DNA of 64,000 bases, taken from positions 10,003-74,002 of the forward strand of contig JAKSTW010000003.1 in the NCBI GenBank assembly GCA_024402405.1. The letters are read 5' to 3'. How positions within the stretch are numbered: the first letter of the stretch is position 1; each line of letters begins with the position of its first letter. Below the pieces are notes generated by a model. The model searched no databases. It was not told where the DNA came from and saw nothing but the letters and a program-made list of their open reading frames with translations. The position numbers and the translations under genes were made by a program. The stretch comes from Spirochaetia bacterium. GTDB lineage: Bacteria > Spirochaetota > Spirochaetia > CADAEX01. Below are positions 1-9,337 of this stretch, piece after piece.

Positions 1-1859
1 GTGTACAGAGTCTGAAGAGCGTCCTGATGATCCAGAGCCTCGAAGATGTCTGTGGTGAAATCTACCGGAAGCTGTGTGGAATTGGTGTAATAAGGGTCAT
101 CCTCGCCTGATGCTATGATATCTGGATAGGTCTCCTTGTCGTGCTTTGCCAGTCTGTAGCTGGTGCTCTCAGCCGGTGTGGCCTCCAGATTGAACAGATC
201 TCCTGTCTTCTCCTGAAATTCTGAGAGTTTATCCCTCATGAAATTGAGTATCTCAATGGCGAACTCTTTGCCGTCTTTTGTGGTGATATCCTTGCCCATG
301 AAATTCAGCAGACATTCGTTCATGCCGCAGATTCCGATGGTGGAGAAATGGTTATTCAGATTCCTGAGATACCGTTTTGTATATGGGAAAAGTCCTGTGG
401 TCATAAGGCGGTCAATGACTTTTCTTTTGATGACCAGAGATTTTGCGGCCAGAACCATAAGGTTTTCCAGACGGAGAAAGAAGTCTGCCTTGGATTTTGA
501 CAGATATCCGATTCTCGGCAGGTTGATGGTGACTACTCCGATGGAACCTGTGAACTCGTCAGAACCGAAAAGTCCGCCTCCTCTTTTTCGCAGCTCCCTC
601 TTGTCCAGCTGGAGACGGCAGCACATGGAGCGCACATCACCCGGGTTCAGGCTGCTGTTGATGAAATTCTGGAAATAAGGTGTTCCGTATTTTGCAGTCA
701 TTTCAAACAGAAGCTTGGCATTAGGGGATTCCCAGTCAAAATTTCTGGTGATGTTGTATGTAGGGATAGGATACTGGAACCCTCTGCCGTTGGCATCTCC
801 GTCCAGCATCAGTTCTATGAAGCACTTATTGATGACATTCATCTCTTCCTGGCAGTCTCCGTATGTGAAGTCCTGTTCCACACCGCCGACAACTGCATTC
901 TTGTTCTTCAGGTCATCAGGAACCACCCAGTCCAGTGTGATATTGGTGAACGGTGCCTGTGAGCCCCATCTGGAAGGAGTGTTGACTCCGAATACAAAAC
1001 TCTGGAGTCCCTGCTTCACCTCTTTCGGTGTCAGGTGATCCACTTTTACGAAAGGTGCGATATATGTGTCGAAGCTGGAGAGAGCCTGTGCTCCTGCCCA
1101 TTCATTCTGCATTATTCCAAGGAAGTTTACGATCTGCTGTATAAGAGTCAGCAGGTGTTTTGCAGGCTTGGATGTGATCTTGTCAGGTACCCCGCCAAGT
1201 CCTTCCTGGATCAGCTGTCTCAGTGACCATCCTGCGCAGTAACCGGAGAACATGGAAAGATCGTGGATATGGAAATCCGCATTCTTATGCGCATTTGCGA
1301 TTTCCTCCGGATAAATGTTCTTCAGCCAGTAGTTTGCTGTGATCGTACCGGAATTATGAAGGATAAGTCCGCCCAGTGAGAAATTGACATTGGCATTCTC
1401 ATTGACTCTCCAGTCTGACTGTGACAGATATCCGTCCATAGTGGCATTGATGTTGAGCAGCATTTTCTTGGAGTCTCTCAGAGCCTCATGCTGTGCTCTG
1501 TAAAGGATATATGCCTTTGCGATCTTAGGGACTGATTCCATCATCACCAGCTCCACGATATCCTGGATCTCTTCAATGGCAGGAGCTGAATTAGGATGCC
1601 GCCCCTTCATGAATTCTCTTAATTTATCCTCAATTTTTGAAGTGAGGGTCTCTGTAAGCTCCTTGTCTTCCATCCCCTGGACCGCACTGACGGCTCTGCT
1701 GACTGCGCTGGCTATTTTCCATCTGTCATATTTCTCGATGGATCCGTCTCTTTTTACTATTCTTTTGACGATGAAAGGTGTTTCCGGAACATCATCTGAT
1801 TCCAGATGCAGGAACTCTTTCCAGTCGTTGCTGTTCTCAAAAGCCATGTTTCCTCCCAT
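1..1859 (-). CDS. nrdD: anaerobic ribonucleoside-triphosphate reductase (class III RNR), N-terminal ~620 aa; the 3' end runs off the window
   Basis: Absent from the ORF track because there is no stop in the window. My own minus-strand translation from ATG 1859 (alternative ATG 1847, preceded by GGAGGA) gives MGGNMAFENSNDWKEF.., an ATP-cone (VKRDGSIEKYDRWKIASAV), GVNTPSRWGSQAPFTNITLDW, RSMCCRLQLD, NLEATPAESTSYRLAK and DDPYYTNS. The frame stays open to position 1. Confidence 0.85.
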   Translation of the reverse strand, partial: MGGNMAFENSNDWKEFLHLESDDVPETPFIVKRIVKRDGSIEKYDRWKIASAVSRAVSAVQGMEDKELTETLTSKIEDKLREFMKGRHPNSAPAIEEIQDIVELVMMESVPKIAKAYILYRAQHEALRDSKKMLLNINATMDGYLSQSDWRVNENANVNFSLGGLILHNSGTITANYWLKNIYPEEIANAHKNADFHIHDLSMFSGYCAGWSLRQLIQEGLGGVPDKITSKPAKHLLTLIQQIVNFLGIMQNEWAGAQALSSFDTYIAPFVKVDHLTPKEVKQGLQSFVFGVNTPSRWGSQAPFTNITLDWVVPDDLKNKNAVVGGVEQDFTYGDCQEEMNVINKCFIELMLDGDANGRGFQYPIPTYNITRNFDWESPNAKLLFEMTAKYGTPYFQNFINSSLNPGDVRSMCCRLQLDKRELRKRGGGLFGSDEFTGSIGVVTINLPRIGYLSKSKADFFLRLENLMVLAAKSLVIKRKVIDRLMTTGLFPYTKRYLRNLNNHFSTIGICGMNECLLNFMGKDITTKDGKEFAIEILNFMRDKLSEFQEKTGDLFNLEATPAESTSYRLAKHDKETYPDIIASGEDDPYYTNSTQLPVDFTTDIFEALDHQDALQTLY

Positions 1860-1866
1860 ATGACTT

Positions 1867-2325
1867 TTATTTTTCATTCAGTTTTGCTATCTCGCTCACA
1901 AATTCATCCACACTGTTGAATTTCTTGTAAACAGATGCAAATCTTATATACGCAACCTTGTCCAGCCGGAACAGATTCTCAAGTACAAGTTCTCCCAGCT
2001 CTTCTGTGGAAATGCCGCTGGTCTGCTTGCTTTTCTTGTAGACTTCATCCTCAATGGTCTGAAGTGTGTTCTGGATCTGATCCTCGCTTACCGGACGCTT
2101 TTCCAGTGATTTGCGTATTCCTCTCTCAATTTTCCCCATATCAAAGAGCTCTATCTTCCTGTCCCGTTTGATGACAGTGATCGGAGTCTCCTTTATATGC
2201 TCATAGGAAGTGAACCGGCCGTGGCATGACAGACATTCCCGTCTTCTCCTTATGGCTGTACCTTCTGCGTTCTGCTTGCTTTCAATTACTTTATCTTCAA
2301 TGTTGCCGCAGTATGGACACTTCAT
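1867..2325 (-). CDS. nrdR: transcriptional repressor NrdR (Zn-ribbon plus ATP-cone)
   Basis: MKCPYCGN..CLSCHGRFTSYE Zn ribbon followed by an ATP-cone, ~152 aa from the internal Met. The 25-codon N-terminal extension in the track ORF (to 2400) is hydrophobic junk. The stop lies 7 nt upstream of the nrdD start. Confidence 0.9.
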   Translation of the reverse strand: MKCPYCGNIEDKVIESKQNAEGTAIRRRRECLSCHGRFTSYEHIKETPITVIKRDRKIELFDMGKIERGIRKSLEKRPVSEDQIQNTLQTIEDEVYKKSKQTSGISTEELGELVLENLFRLDKVAYIRFASVYKKFNSVDEFVSEIAKLNEK

Positions 2326-2500
2326 ATGATGTCTTCCTTCTTTGTGCTGTCTTATAATTACCCATATATATAGGGCTATACAGCGATTTTTATATACCAT
2401 AGCACATTATATCTCGTGGTGCAACTGGAATTTTAAAAAATAGGTGATTCTGCTGGATTTTCTTGGGTGAACAGGATAATATAGCACTGGAGAATTTATT

Positions 2501-3202
2501 ATGGTTCTGATATTGGGGGCTATTTACAAAGAAATAGCTTATATGGTGGATTCACTTGAGGACAGCAGTATTGTGAAGTTCGGTATGCGCACCTATCATA
2601 TAGGAAAACTTGCCGGACATGATGTGGCTATTGGGAATACTGGTGTGGGAAAGGTTCAGTCTTCTATTGTCTCACAGATGGCTATATCATATTTCAAACC
2701 TGATTATTATATTTTTATAGGTACCGCAGGAGCTTTGAATCCTGATCTTAAAATCGGTGATTTTGTGGTTTGTGATGAATGTGTCCAATATGATATGGAC
2801 TGTTCTGATCTGGGACTTCCTGCTGGCAGAACTCCTTACTGTCCTGAAAATATGCAGATCCTGCACAGTGATCCAGTGCTTCTGGAGTGTGCTTTGGATT
2901 TTGTTCCTCCTGATGGGAGTCGCAGTATCCGTGGGCGGGTACTGACTGGTGATTCTGTGGTTGGAAACATCGGAGGGAAAGAAAAACTGGTTGCTGCCTT
3001 TTCCGGTGATGTGGTGGAAATGGAAGGATATGCTGCCTCTTTCTGTGCCGCCATGAACAAAATTCCATTTCTTCTTATACGTGTAGTCTCTGATCAGGCG
3101 GATGGTAATGTGAAGATCGATTATGTAAAATTTCTTGACTGTGCGTCAGAAAAACTTGATTCTATTGTTGTTCATATCTTGAACAATAATCCTGCATTTT
3201 AA
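2501..3202 (+). CDS. mtnN: 5'-methylthioadenosine/S-adenosylhomocysteine nucleosidase (PNP_UDP_1 family)
   Basis: GNTGVGKVQSS, FIGTAGAL, VEMEGYA and IRVVSDQADG match the Pfs/MtnN pattern. Confidence 0.75.
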   Translation: MVLILGAIYKEIAYMVDSLEDSSIVKFGMRTYHIGKLAGHDVAIGNTGVGKVQSSIVSQMAISYFKPDYYIFIGTAGALNPDLKIGDFVVCDECVQYDMDCSDLGLPAGRTPYCPENMQILHSDPVLLECALDFVPPDGSRSIRGRVLTGDSVVGNIGGKEKLVAAFSGDVVEMEGYAASFCAAMNKIPFLLIRVVSDQADGNVKIDYVKFLDCASEKLDSIVVHILNNNPAF

Positions 3203-3241
3203 TCTTTAAAAAACAGAAGTTGTTGGATATAATAGGAAGAT

Positions 3242-3733
3242 ATGAGAAATAAAATACTTGCTGTGATTTTTATGACTTTGGCTGTCATATTGTCATCATG
3301 TTCTACTGTTCCTATAAGCCGTCAAGAAGCATCTGTTGATAAAATTGTCAGTCTGATCAATGCAGGAGATGCTGATACACTTGTCAGTATCTCAAAAAAA
3401 CCTTTCCTGCTGGACGGTGAGATAATGCTCCGTGATTCTGATATTGCCATGATATGGAATAATCTTGCCAGTGCCGGATTTACTTTCGGAGACAGATATA
3501 AGGCTGATATTTATCCGGCTGTTGCTGATTATGCTGATCTTTTTTCAGATACATGGGAAGTGCAGGTGTTTTTCCGCCAGTATATCCCTGCCCATAAAGA
3601 AGGGGCTGTTCTGGAACTTTCCACAGATAATGGAAAATATTTTCTTATCCTTGGAAATAAGATCGTGCTGAAGAGGAATGGTCGGAAAGAGAAATATCCT
3701 GAGATCATAGGATTCAAAGGACCTGTGGAATGA
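3242..3733 (+). CDS. putative lipoprotein
   Basis: Signal peptide MRNKILAVIFMTLAVILSSC with an L-S-S-C lipobox. No recognisable domain. Confidence 0.6.
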   Translation: MRNKILAVIFMTLAVILSSCSTVPISRQEASVDKIVSLINAGDADTLVSISKKPFLLDGEIMLRDSDIAMIWNNLASAGFTFGDRYKADIYPAVADYADLFSDTWEVQVFFRQYIPAHKEGAVLELSTDNGKYFLILGNKIVLKRNGRKEKYPEIIGFKGPVE

Positions 3734-4749
3734 AAAGAGCTGTATTTTTTGTTTTATTTTTTGTTGCCTGTTTCTGCTATGCCCAGGATGAGGCAGTGCT
3801 GAGTTATGTGGATGGAATGGTGGATATCCGTTATTCTGACGGTGAGCTGACGGAGGCTGCCATCGGGGATGAGGTATGTTCCGGTGAGTCTGTCATAACA
3901 CACAGTGATGGTTTTGCAGAGCTTGTGCAGTATGACGGATGCACATATAAGATTTCTCCTGATACCGTGTTTACAGTAGGTAAGGTCAGCGAGAAGGGGA
4001 CTGTCAGATCTGTGCTTTCCTGCATCATAGGCAAGGTGCTGTTCAAATTTCAGAAAATGGTTGGGAGTGAGCCTCTGATCGCCACCGGAAGTACAACCGC
4101 AGGTATCCGTGGAACTGAGTTCTGTGTTTATGCCGGAAGTGACGGATCTTCACTGATCGCTGTCACAGCAGGTAAGGTGGCTGTGGAGGCAGAGGGACAC
4201 AGTGTGGAGCTGGTTTCTAACGAGGCTGTGGAAGTTGTTCCGGGTCAGGCTCCTGGCGAAAAATTTGTATGGCTTGGAAAAGAGCAGGATTTCAGTACAT
4301 GGAATGACAGCAGGAAAAAGCGGTTTGACGAGGATCCTGCCGATGCGCTGCTGGCAGTGGAAAACCGTCTGATGGCGTTTGAGGATAAGATCGATTCTCT
4401 GGTTCCTGTATATGAAAATGATTCTTCCAGACTTAAGGAAGAACTTAGAAAGTTTGAGCAGATGAAAACTGATGGGGAAGATATGGAGACTCTGGTGGCT
4501 TATCGTGACCAGGTGATCGCGCCTCTGCAGCAGAGTACTTTCAACCTTATAATGAATATCCGCTACTACTCACTTTCTGCCCTTTCCATGAGGCGGTATA
4601 TCGTGGGCAGCCTTTATGCGGATATGAAGACCAGATATATCTGTGATCTGGAGAACCCTGTTTTCAAGAAATTCATCAAAGTATATGACCGGATTTTAAG
4701 TGATTTCGAGCAGCTGGCTGTACCTCAGCTGGTGGATGCCGATATATAG
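3730..4749 (+). CDS. FecR-domain secreted protein
   Basis: N-terminal signal peptide, then a FecR-like segment (GMVDIRYSDGELTEAAIGDEVCSGESVITHSDGFAELV..ISPDTVF). ATGA overlap with the upstream lipoprotein gene. Confidence 0.6.
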   Translation: MKRAVFFVLFFVACFCYAQDEAVLSYVDGMVDIRYSDGELTEAAIGDEVCSGESVITHSDGFAELVQYDGCTYKISPDTVFTVGKVSEKGTVRSVLSCIIGKVLFKFQKMVGSEPLIATGSTTAGIRGTEFCVYAGSDGSSLIAVTAGKVAVEAEGHSVELVSNEAVEVVPGQAPGEKFVWLGKEQDFSTWNDSRKKRFDEDPADALLAVENRLMAFEDKIDSLVPVYENDSSRLKEELRKFEQMKTDGEDMETLVAYRDQVIAPLQQSTFNLIMNIRYYSLSALSMRRYIVGSLYADMKTRYICDLENPVFKKFIKVYDRILSDFEQLAVPQLVDADI

Positions 4750-4757
4750 GAGATAAA

Positions 4758-5156
4758 ATGAAAAAAAGTATATTGTTTTTGATTCTGGCTGCTGCTGCCA
4801 TGGTTCTGATGTTGTCATCATGCTCTGCTGAGAGTGATGATGAGACATGTACGATCGAGAAAAGGATAAAGAGCTTTTTTGATGATATCAATAACGACAA
4901 GTCTGTGGCTTATGAGAACCTTCATCCTGGATGCACTATGAGAAATGACTTGAAAGACCCAAGGACATGGAATGAATCGCCGTTTTCTGGTTCTGATTAT
5001 ACATATAAAGGCAATAAATTTGGATCTGCTTGGATTGGAACTTTCAGCGGTGGGATCTATTTGGGGGATAACATTGAGTTCCGGCTGAAAGAGGATGGCA
5101 CTGACAACTGGAAGATACTGTCCATAAGCATCAATGGCGAGAAAAAGATATACTGA
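4758..5156 (+). CDS. putative lipoprotein
   Basis: MKKSILFLILAAAAMVLMLSSC, the same L-S-S-C lipobox. No recognisable domain. Confidence 0.6.
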   Translation: MKKSILFLILAAAAMVLMLSSCSAESDDETCTIEKRIKSFFDDINNDKSVAYENLHPGCTMRNDLKDPRTWNESPFSGSDYTYKGNKFGSAWIGTFSGGIYLGDNIEFRLKEDGTDNWKILSISINGEKKIY

Positions 5157-6599
5157 TCATTTGTCTATCTTCAGTTTGCCGCGGCGGATAAGGTCGGTGC
5201 ACAGTTTCAGTTCTCCGGCTTTTATGAGTGCAGAGATAGCATACCGTATCTCTTTTTCATCCCACAGACTGAGTCTTCCCCAGCTGTCTGATGCCGCATA
5301 TCTTTTTCCCGGGGAATCTTCCAGCCTGTTTCCTTTCAGTATTCTGACTGCATCATAGAGAGTCATTCTGCCGTTGTTTTTCCTCACCAGCTCAGTTATC
5401 TCATCTTTACCCTCTATGGGGATGACTTTCCCATCGCATACATCACATCCGCTGCAAAGCTCATTCTCGTTCTCCAGAATATGCAGCAGTTCCTTCCTTC
5501 TGCATCTGTTGCCCTGAAATATGTCAAACAGCTGCTGCTGTCTTCTGTCCTGAGACTGGACAGGCATGTATGGTACCATGGCTATGGCATAAGCCTGTTT
5601 TCTGTCTCTGCCGCCGCGTCCTGATTCCTGGAGATATGCCTCTGCTGATGTGGGTATGTCGGCATGTATCACGGTACGGATATCGGGTTTGTCCACACCC
5701 ATGCCGTATGCACAGGTAGCTACCAGAATGGCAGTTGCGGATCTGAAAAACAGGTCCTCTATGTTTTTTTTCTCGTCCCGTTCTAGACCTGCATGGTAAA
5801 AGAAAACATCATCAGTATTCAGTTCCTTCCTGAGTTTTCTGGCAGTGATTTCTGTTCCGTCACGGCTGGAGCAGAAAATGATCAGCGGTTTCATGGAATT
5901 TTTTACCACAGAGATCAGAGAAGCTGTTTTGGAGATGTATCTCACCACGTCGTAGCGTATGTTGGGACGGTCAGGATCAGCCCTTATGATGTTGGGATTC
6001 TGTCCCGAGAATATCACTTCCCGGAACCGATTCAGGATCTCAGCTGATGCAGTGGCTGTAAATGCAGTGGTGACTGCCGGTTTTATGGCTGCTATGACTT
6101 CTCCCATACGCAGGTATGATGGTCTGAAAGTGTCACCCCACTGACTGACGGTATGGGCCTCATCTATGACTACATGGAAAATTCCTGCATTCCTGATCCT
6201 GTCCAGAATTCCTGGTGCCAGAAGGATCTCCGGATTTGCTATGATGATCTGTATTTCACCGGCTGATATTTTTCTGAAGATCTCTTCTTTTTCGCTGTTC
6301 TCCAGACCTCCGCGGAGGATCACGTTTGGGATTCCGGCACTATCCAGTCTTCTCTTCTGATCCGCCATAAGGCTCAGCAGAGGAAAGATGATTAGCGTGA
6401 TGCCTTTTACCAGCACGGCAGGAAGCATGAAGCACAGTGATTTTCCTGCACCTGTCGGGAGTATGACGATCTGTGCAGGATTGTTCTCCTCCGGATTTGC
6501 GGCACAGTCCAGAATGTTGGATATAGCCAGCCGCTGATATGGAAACAGGTACGGTATATGGAAAAATTCCTCTGCCTTGTCATTCAGAAAATCACTCAT
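5157..6599 (-). CDS. recQ: RecQ-family ATP-dependent DNA helicase (short form, no HRDC)
   Basis: FPYQRLAI, PTGAGKSLCF, VIDEAHTVSQWGDTFRPSY, YHAGL, ATCAYGMGVDKPDIR, QESGRGGRD and a RecQ Zn-Cys cluster (CRRKELL..CSGCDVC). Confidence 0.8.
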   Translation of the reverse strand: MSDFLNDKAEEFFHIPYLFPYQRLAISNILDCAANPEENNPAQIVILPTGAGKSLCFMLPAVLVKGITLIIFPLLSLMADQKRRLDSAGIPNVILRGGLENSEKEEIFRKISAGEIQIIIANPEILLAPGILDRIRNAGIFHVVIDEAHTVSQWGDTFRPSYLRMGEVIAAIKPAVTTAFTATASAEILNRFREVIFSGQNPNIIRADPDRPNIRYDVVRYISKTASLISVVKNSMKPLIIFCSSRDGTEITARKLRKELNTDDVFFYHAGLERDEKKNIEDLFFRSATAILVATCAYGMGVDKPDIRTVIHADIPTSAEAYLQESGRGGRDRKQAYAIAMVPYMPVQSQDRRQQQLFDIFQGNRCRRKELLHILENENELCSGCDVCDGKVIPIEGKDEITELVRKNNGRMTLYDAVRILKGNRLEDSPGKRYAASDSWGRLSLWDEKEIRYAISALIKAGELKLCTDLIRRGKLKIDK

Positions 6600-6717
6600 G
6601 CATTATATAACTGTAAAATCTGATGGTTTGATTCAAAATCATTGACCTTTTATTCCGCTCTTTTGTATTTTTTAAACAGGAAACAAATAAACTTTTTATA
6701 TATACAGGTGATAAGAT

Positions 6718-9294
6718 ATGAACCAGGAAAAATTTACAGTAAAGACCCAGGAAGCCATTATCGAGGCACAGCATCTTGTCAGCAGATACAACCATCCGGT
6801 ACTGGAACCGGAGCATCTTCTGCTGGCTCTGCTGAAACAGAACGATGGTATTGTTCCTCCTCTGGCAGACAAGCTGGGAGTCTCCAGAGATATCCTTATT
6901 TCTGAGACTGAGAAAGCGCTGGACAGTATGGCCCGTTCTTATGGCGGAGCTGCACAGGTCAGCCTCAGCAATGCATCTTACCAGGTGCTGAATGATGCCG
7001 AGAAAGAAGCGGACAGTCTGAAGGATGAATATATCAGCACAGAGCATATTTTTATTGCCATAGCTGTGTCAGACACATCATGCGGAAGAATACTGCAGCG
7101 GTATGGCATAACACGTGACAGCATTCTGAAGACTCTTGTATCTATACGGGGCAATCAGCGTGTGACAGACCAGAACCCGGAGAACAAGTTTCAGACACTG
7201 GAGAAATACTGCCGTGATCTGACTGAGCTGGCCCGCCGTGACAAGCTGGATCCTGTCATCGGACGTGATGAGGAGATAAGGCGTGTCATGCAGGTGCTTT
7301 CCAGAAGGACCAAGAACAACCCTGTTCTCATCGGAGAGCCTGGAGTAGGAAAAACTGCTGTGGTGGAAGGGCTGGCCCGCCGTATCGTGGCAGGTGATGT
7401 GCCTGAGTCATTGAAGAATAAGAAACTGCTGGCTCTGGATATGGGAGCACTGGTGGCAGGTGCCAAGTTCAGGGGTGAATTTGAGGAACGGCTGAAGGCT
7501 GTGCTCCATGAGGTTTCTGAGAGCAACGGAAGCATCATCCTTTTTATCGATGAGCTCCATACCCTTATGGGAGCAGGTGCTGCTGAAGGTGCCATGGATG
7601 CTTCCAACCTGCTGAAGCCTGCTCTGGCGCGCGGAGAGCTGCGCTGCATAGGTGCCACCACCCTGGATGAATACCGGAAATATGTGGAGAAAGATGCTGC
7701 CTTTGAGCGTCGTTTCCAGACTGTCTATACCAAGGAGCCTTCTGTGGAAGATACCATTGCCATTCTCAGGGGACTCAAGGACCGTTACGAAGTGCATCAC
7801 GGTGTGCGCATCAAAGATGAGGCGATCATAGCATCTGCTGTGCTGTCTGACAGATATATCACTTCCAGATTTCTTCCTGACAAAGCCATTGACCTGATGG
7901 ATGAGGCTGCCAGCAAGCTGAAGATGGAGATCGAGAGCCAGCCTACAGAACTGGATAAGATCGAGAGAAAGATCCTCCAGCTGGATATTGAGAAACATGC
8001 GCTTTCAAGGGAGACTGACCAGGCTTCTATTGAACGGATGGCAAATATTGATAAGGAGCTGGCCAACCTGAAGGATAAGCAGGATGCTATGAAGCTCCAA
8101 TGGAAGAATGAGAAGTCTGCCATTGACGAGCTGAGGAGTCTGAAAGAGAAGCTGGAACAGCTGAAAAGTCAGGAGGCGATGTACGAGCGGGAGGGCAATC
8201 TGGCTAAGGCTGCTGAGATAAAGCACGGACTGATTCCTCAGACTATGGCATTGCGCAATGAGAAGACAGCGGCGCTCCAGAAGATACAGGGTTCTTCCAG
8301 TATGCTCCAGGAGGAAGTCGGGGAAGAGGATATTGCCAGAGTGGTATCTGCATGGACCGGAATACCTGTGGCCAAGATGATGGCATCTGAGATCGAGAAG
8401 TATATAAATCTGGAATCGATACTTGAAAAAAGGGTAGTGGGACAGGATAAGGCTATCAAGGCTGTGGCTGATGCCATCAGAAGGAATAAAACAGGACTTT
8501 CGGAAGAAGGACGCCCGCTGGGCAGCTTTATCTTCCTTGGACCTACAGGTGTGGGAAAGACTGAGCTGGCCAAGACACTGGCTGAATTTCTCTTTGACGA
8601 TGAGCATTCACTGACACGTATCGATATGAGTGAATATATGGAGAAGCACACAGTCTCCAGACTGATCGGAGCCCCTCCGGGATATGTGGGCTATGACCAG
8701 GGAGGACAGCTGACAGAGGCTGTCAGAAGAAGGCCTTATTCTGTCATTCTCTTTGATGAGATAGAGAAGGCGCATCCAGATGTGTTCAATGTCATGCTGC
8801 AGCTGCTGGATGACGGAAGACTGACTGATGGTCAGGGCAGGGTGGTCGATTTCAAGAACACCATCATAATCATGACCAGCAACCTGGGAAGCGAGTATAT
8901 TCTCCAGACCGCAGATACCGAGGAAGCTAGAAAGGAAGTGGATGTACTGCTGAAGCGTACATTCAAGCCTGAGTTCCTTAACCGTATCGACGAGATAATC
9001 ATGTTCAACAGACTTGGCGAGGAGCAGATCGGCAGGATCGTGGATATTGAACTGCAGCATCTGACTGAAAGGCTCAAGGTCAGAAAGCTGACTATGGAAG
9101 TATCTGATGCTGCCAAAAAACTGTTTGTCCAGGTTGGATATGATCCTATGTTCGGTGCCCGCCCTCTGAAGCGGACTATCCAGAATATGCTCCAGAATCA
9201 GCTGGCCAGAAGGATTCTTGCCGGTGAATTTCCTGAGGGATCAGCAGTGTATGTTGACTGTCAGGATGGACAGCTGGTATTTACCAGAAAGTGA
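6718..9294 (+). CDS. clpB: ATP-dependent chaperone/disaggregase ClpB
   Basis: 858 aa. Clp N-domain, two AAA+ modules ([16 protein letters not shown]), a long coiled-coil M-domain, and [14 protein letters not shown]. Confidence 0.95.
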   Translation: MNQEKFTVKTQEAIIEAQHLVSRYNHPVLEPEHLLLALLKQNDGIVPPLADKLGVSRDILISETEKALDSMARSYGGAAQVSLSNASYQVLNDAEKEADSLKDEYISTEHIFIAIAVSDTSCGRILQRYGITRDSILKTLVSIRGNQRVTDQNPENKFQTLEKYCRDLTELARRDKLDPVIGRDEEIRRVMQVLSRRTKNNPVLIGEPGVGKTAVVEGLARRIVAGDVPESLKNKKLLALDMGALVAGAKFRGEFEERLKAVLHEVSESNGSIILFIDELHTLMGAGAAEGAMDASNLLKPALARGELRCIGATTLDEYRKYVEKDAAFERRFQTVYTKEPSVEDTIAILRGLKDRYEVHHGVRIKDEAIIASAVLSDRYITSRFLPDKAIDLMDEAASKLKMEIESQPTELDKIERKILQLDIEKHALSRETDQASIERMANIDKELANLKDKQDAMKLQWKNEKSAIDELRSLKEKLEQLKSQEAMYEREGNLAKAAEIKHGLIPQTMALRNEKTAALQKIQGSSSMLQEEVGEEDIARVVSAWTGIPVAKMMASEIEKYINLESILEKRVVGQDKAIKAVADAIRRNKTGLSEEGRPLGSFIFLGPTGVGKTELAKTLAEFLFDDEHSLTRIDMSEYMEKHTVSRLIGAPPGYVGYDQGGQLTEAVRRRPYSVILFDEIEKAHPDVFNVMLQLLDDGRLTDGQGRVVDFKNTIIIMTSNLGSEYILQTADTEEARKEVDVLLKRTFKPEFLNRIDEIIMFNRLGEEQIGRIVDIELQHLTERLKVRKLTMEVSDAAKKLFVQVGYDPMFGARPLKRTIQNMLQNQLARRILAGEFPEGSAVYVDCQDGQLVFTRK

Positions 9295-9299
9295 GTTTA

Positions 9300-9324
9300 T
9301 CCCATGGGCTTTAAGCTCATGGGA
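9300..9324. terminator. hairpin between convergent clpB and the hrpA-like gene
   Basis: TCCCATG..CATGGGA stem followed by CAAGTTTTT on the plus strand. Confidence 0.5.
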
Positions 9325-9337
9325 CAAGTTTTTGAAT

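Noticed and set aside
238-1863. Plus-strand ORFs (238-678, 715-1038, 1035-1226, 1576-1863) in the first 1.9 kb
   Set aside because: They are low-complexity and motif-less, and they lie antisense to a continuous minus-strand frame that encodes unmistakable NrdD motifs. They are shadow ORFs.
6600-6717. Heat-shock operator (CIRCE) or obvious promoter upstream of clpB
   Set aside because: No TTAGCACTC-N9-GAGTGCTAA-like inverted repeat is present. Only a weak TTGACC-N17-GTATTT candidate exists, which is not strong enough to annotate.
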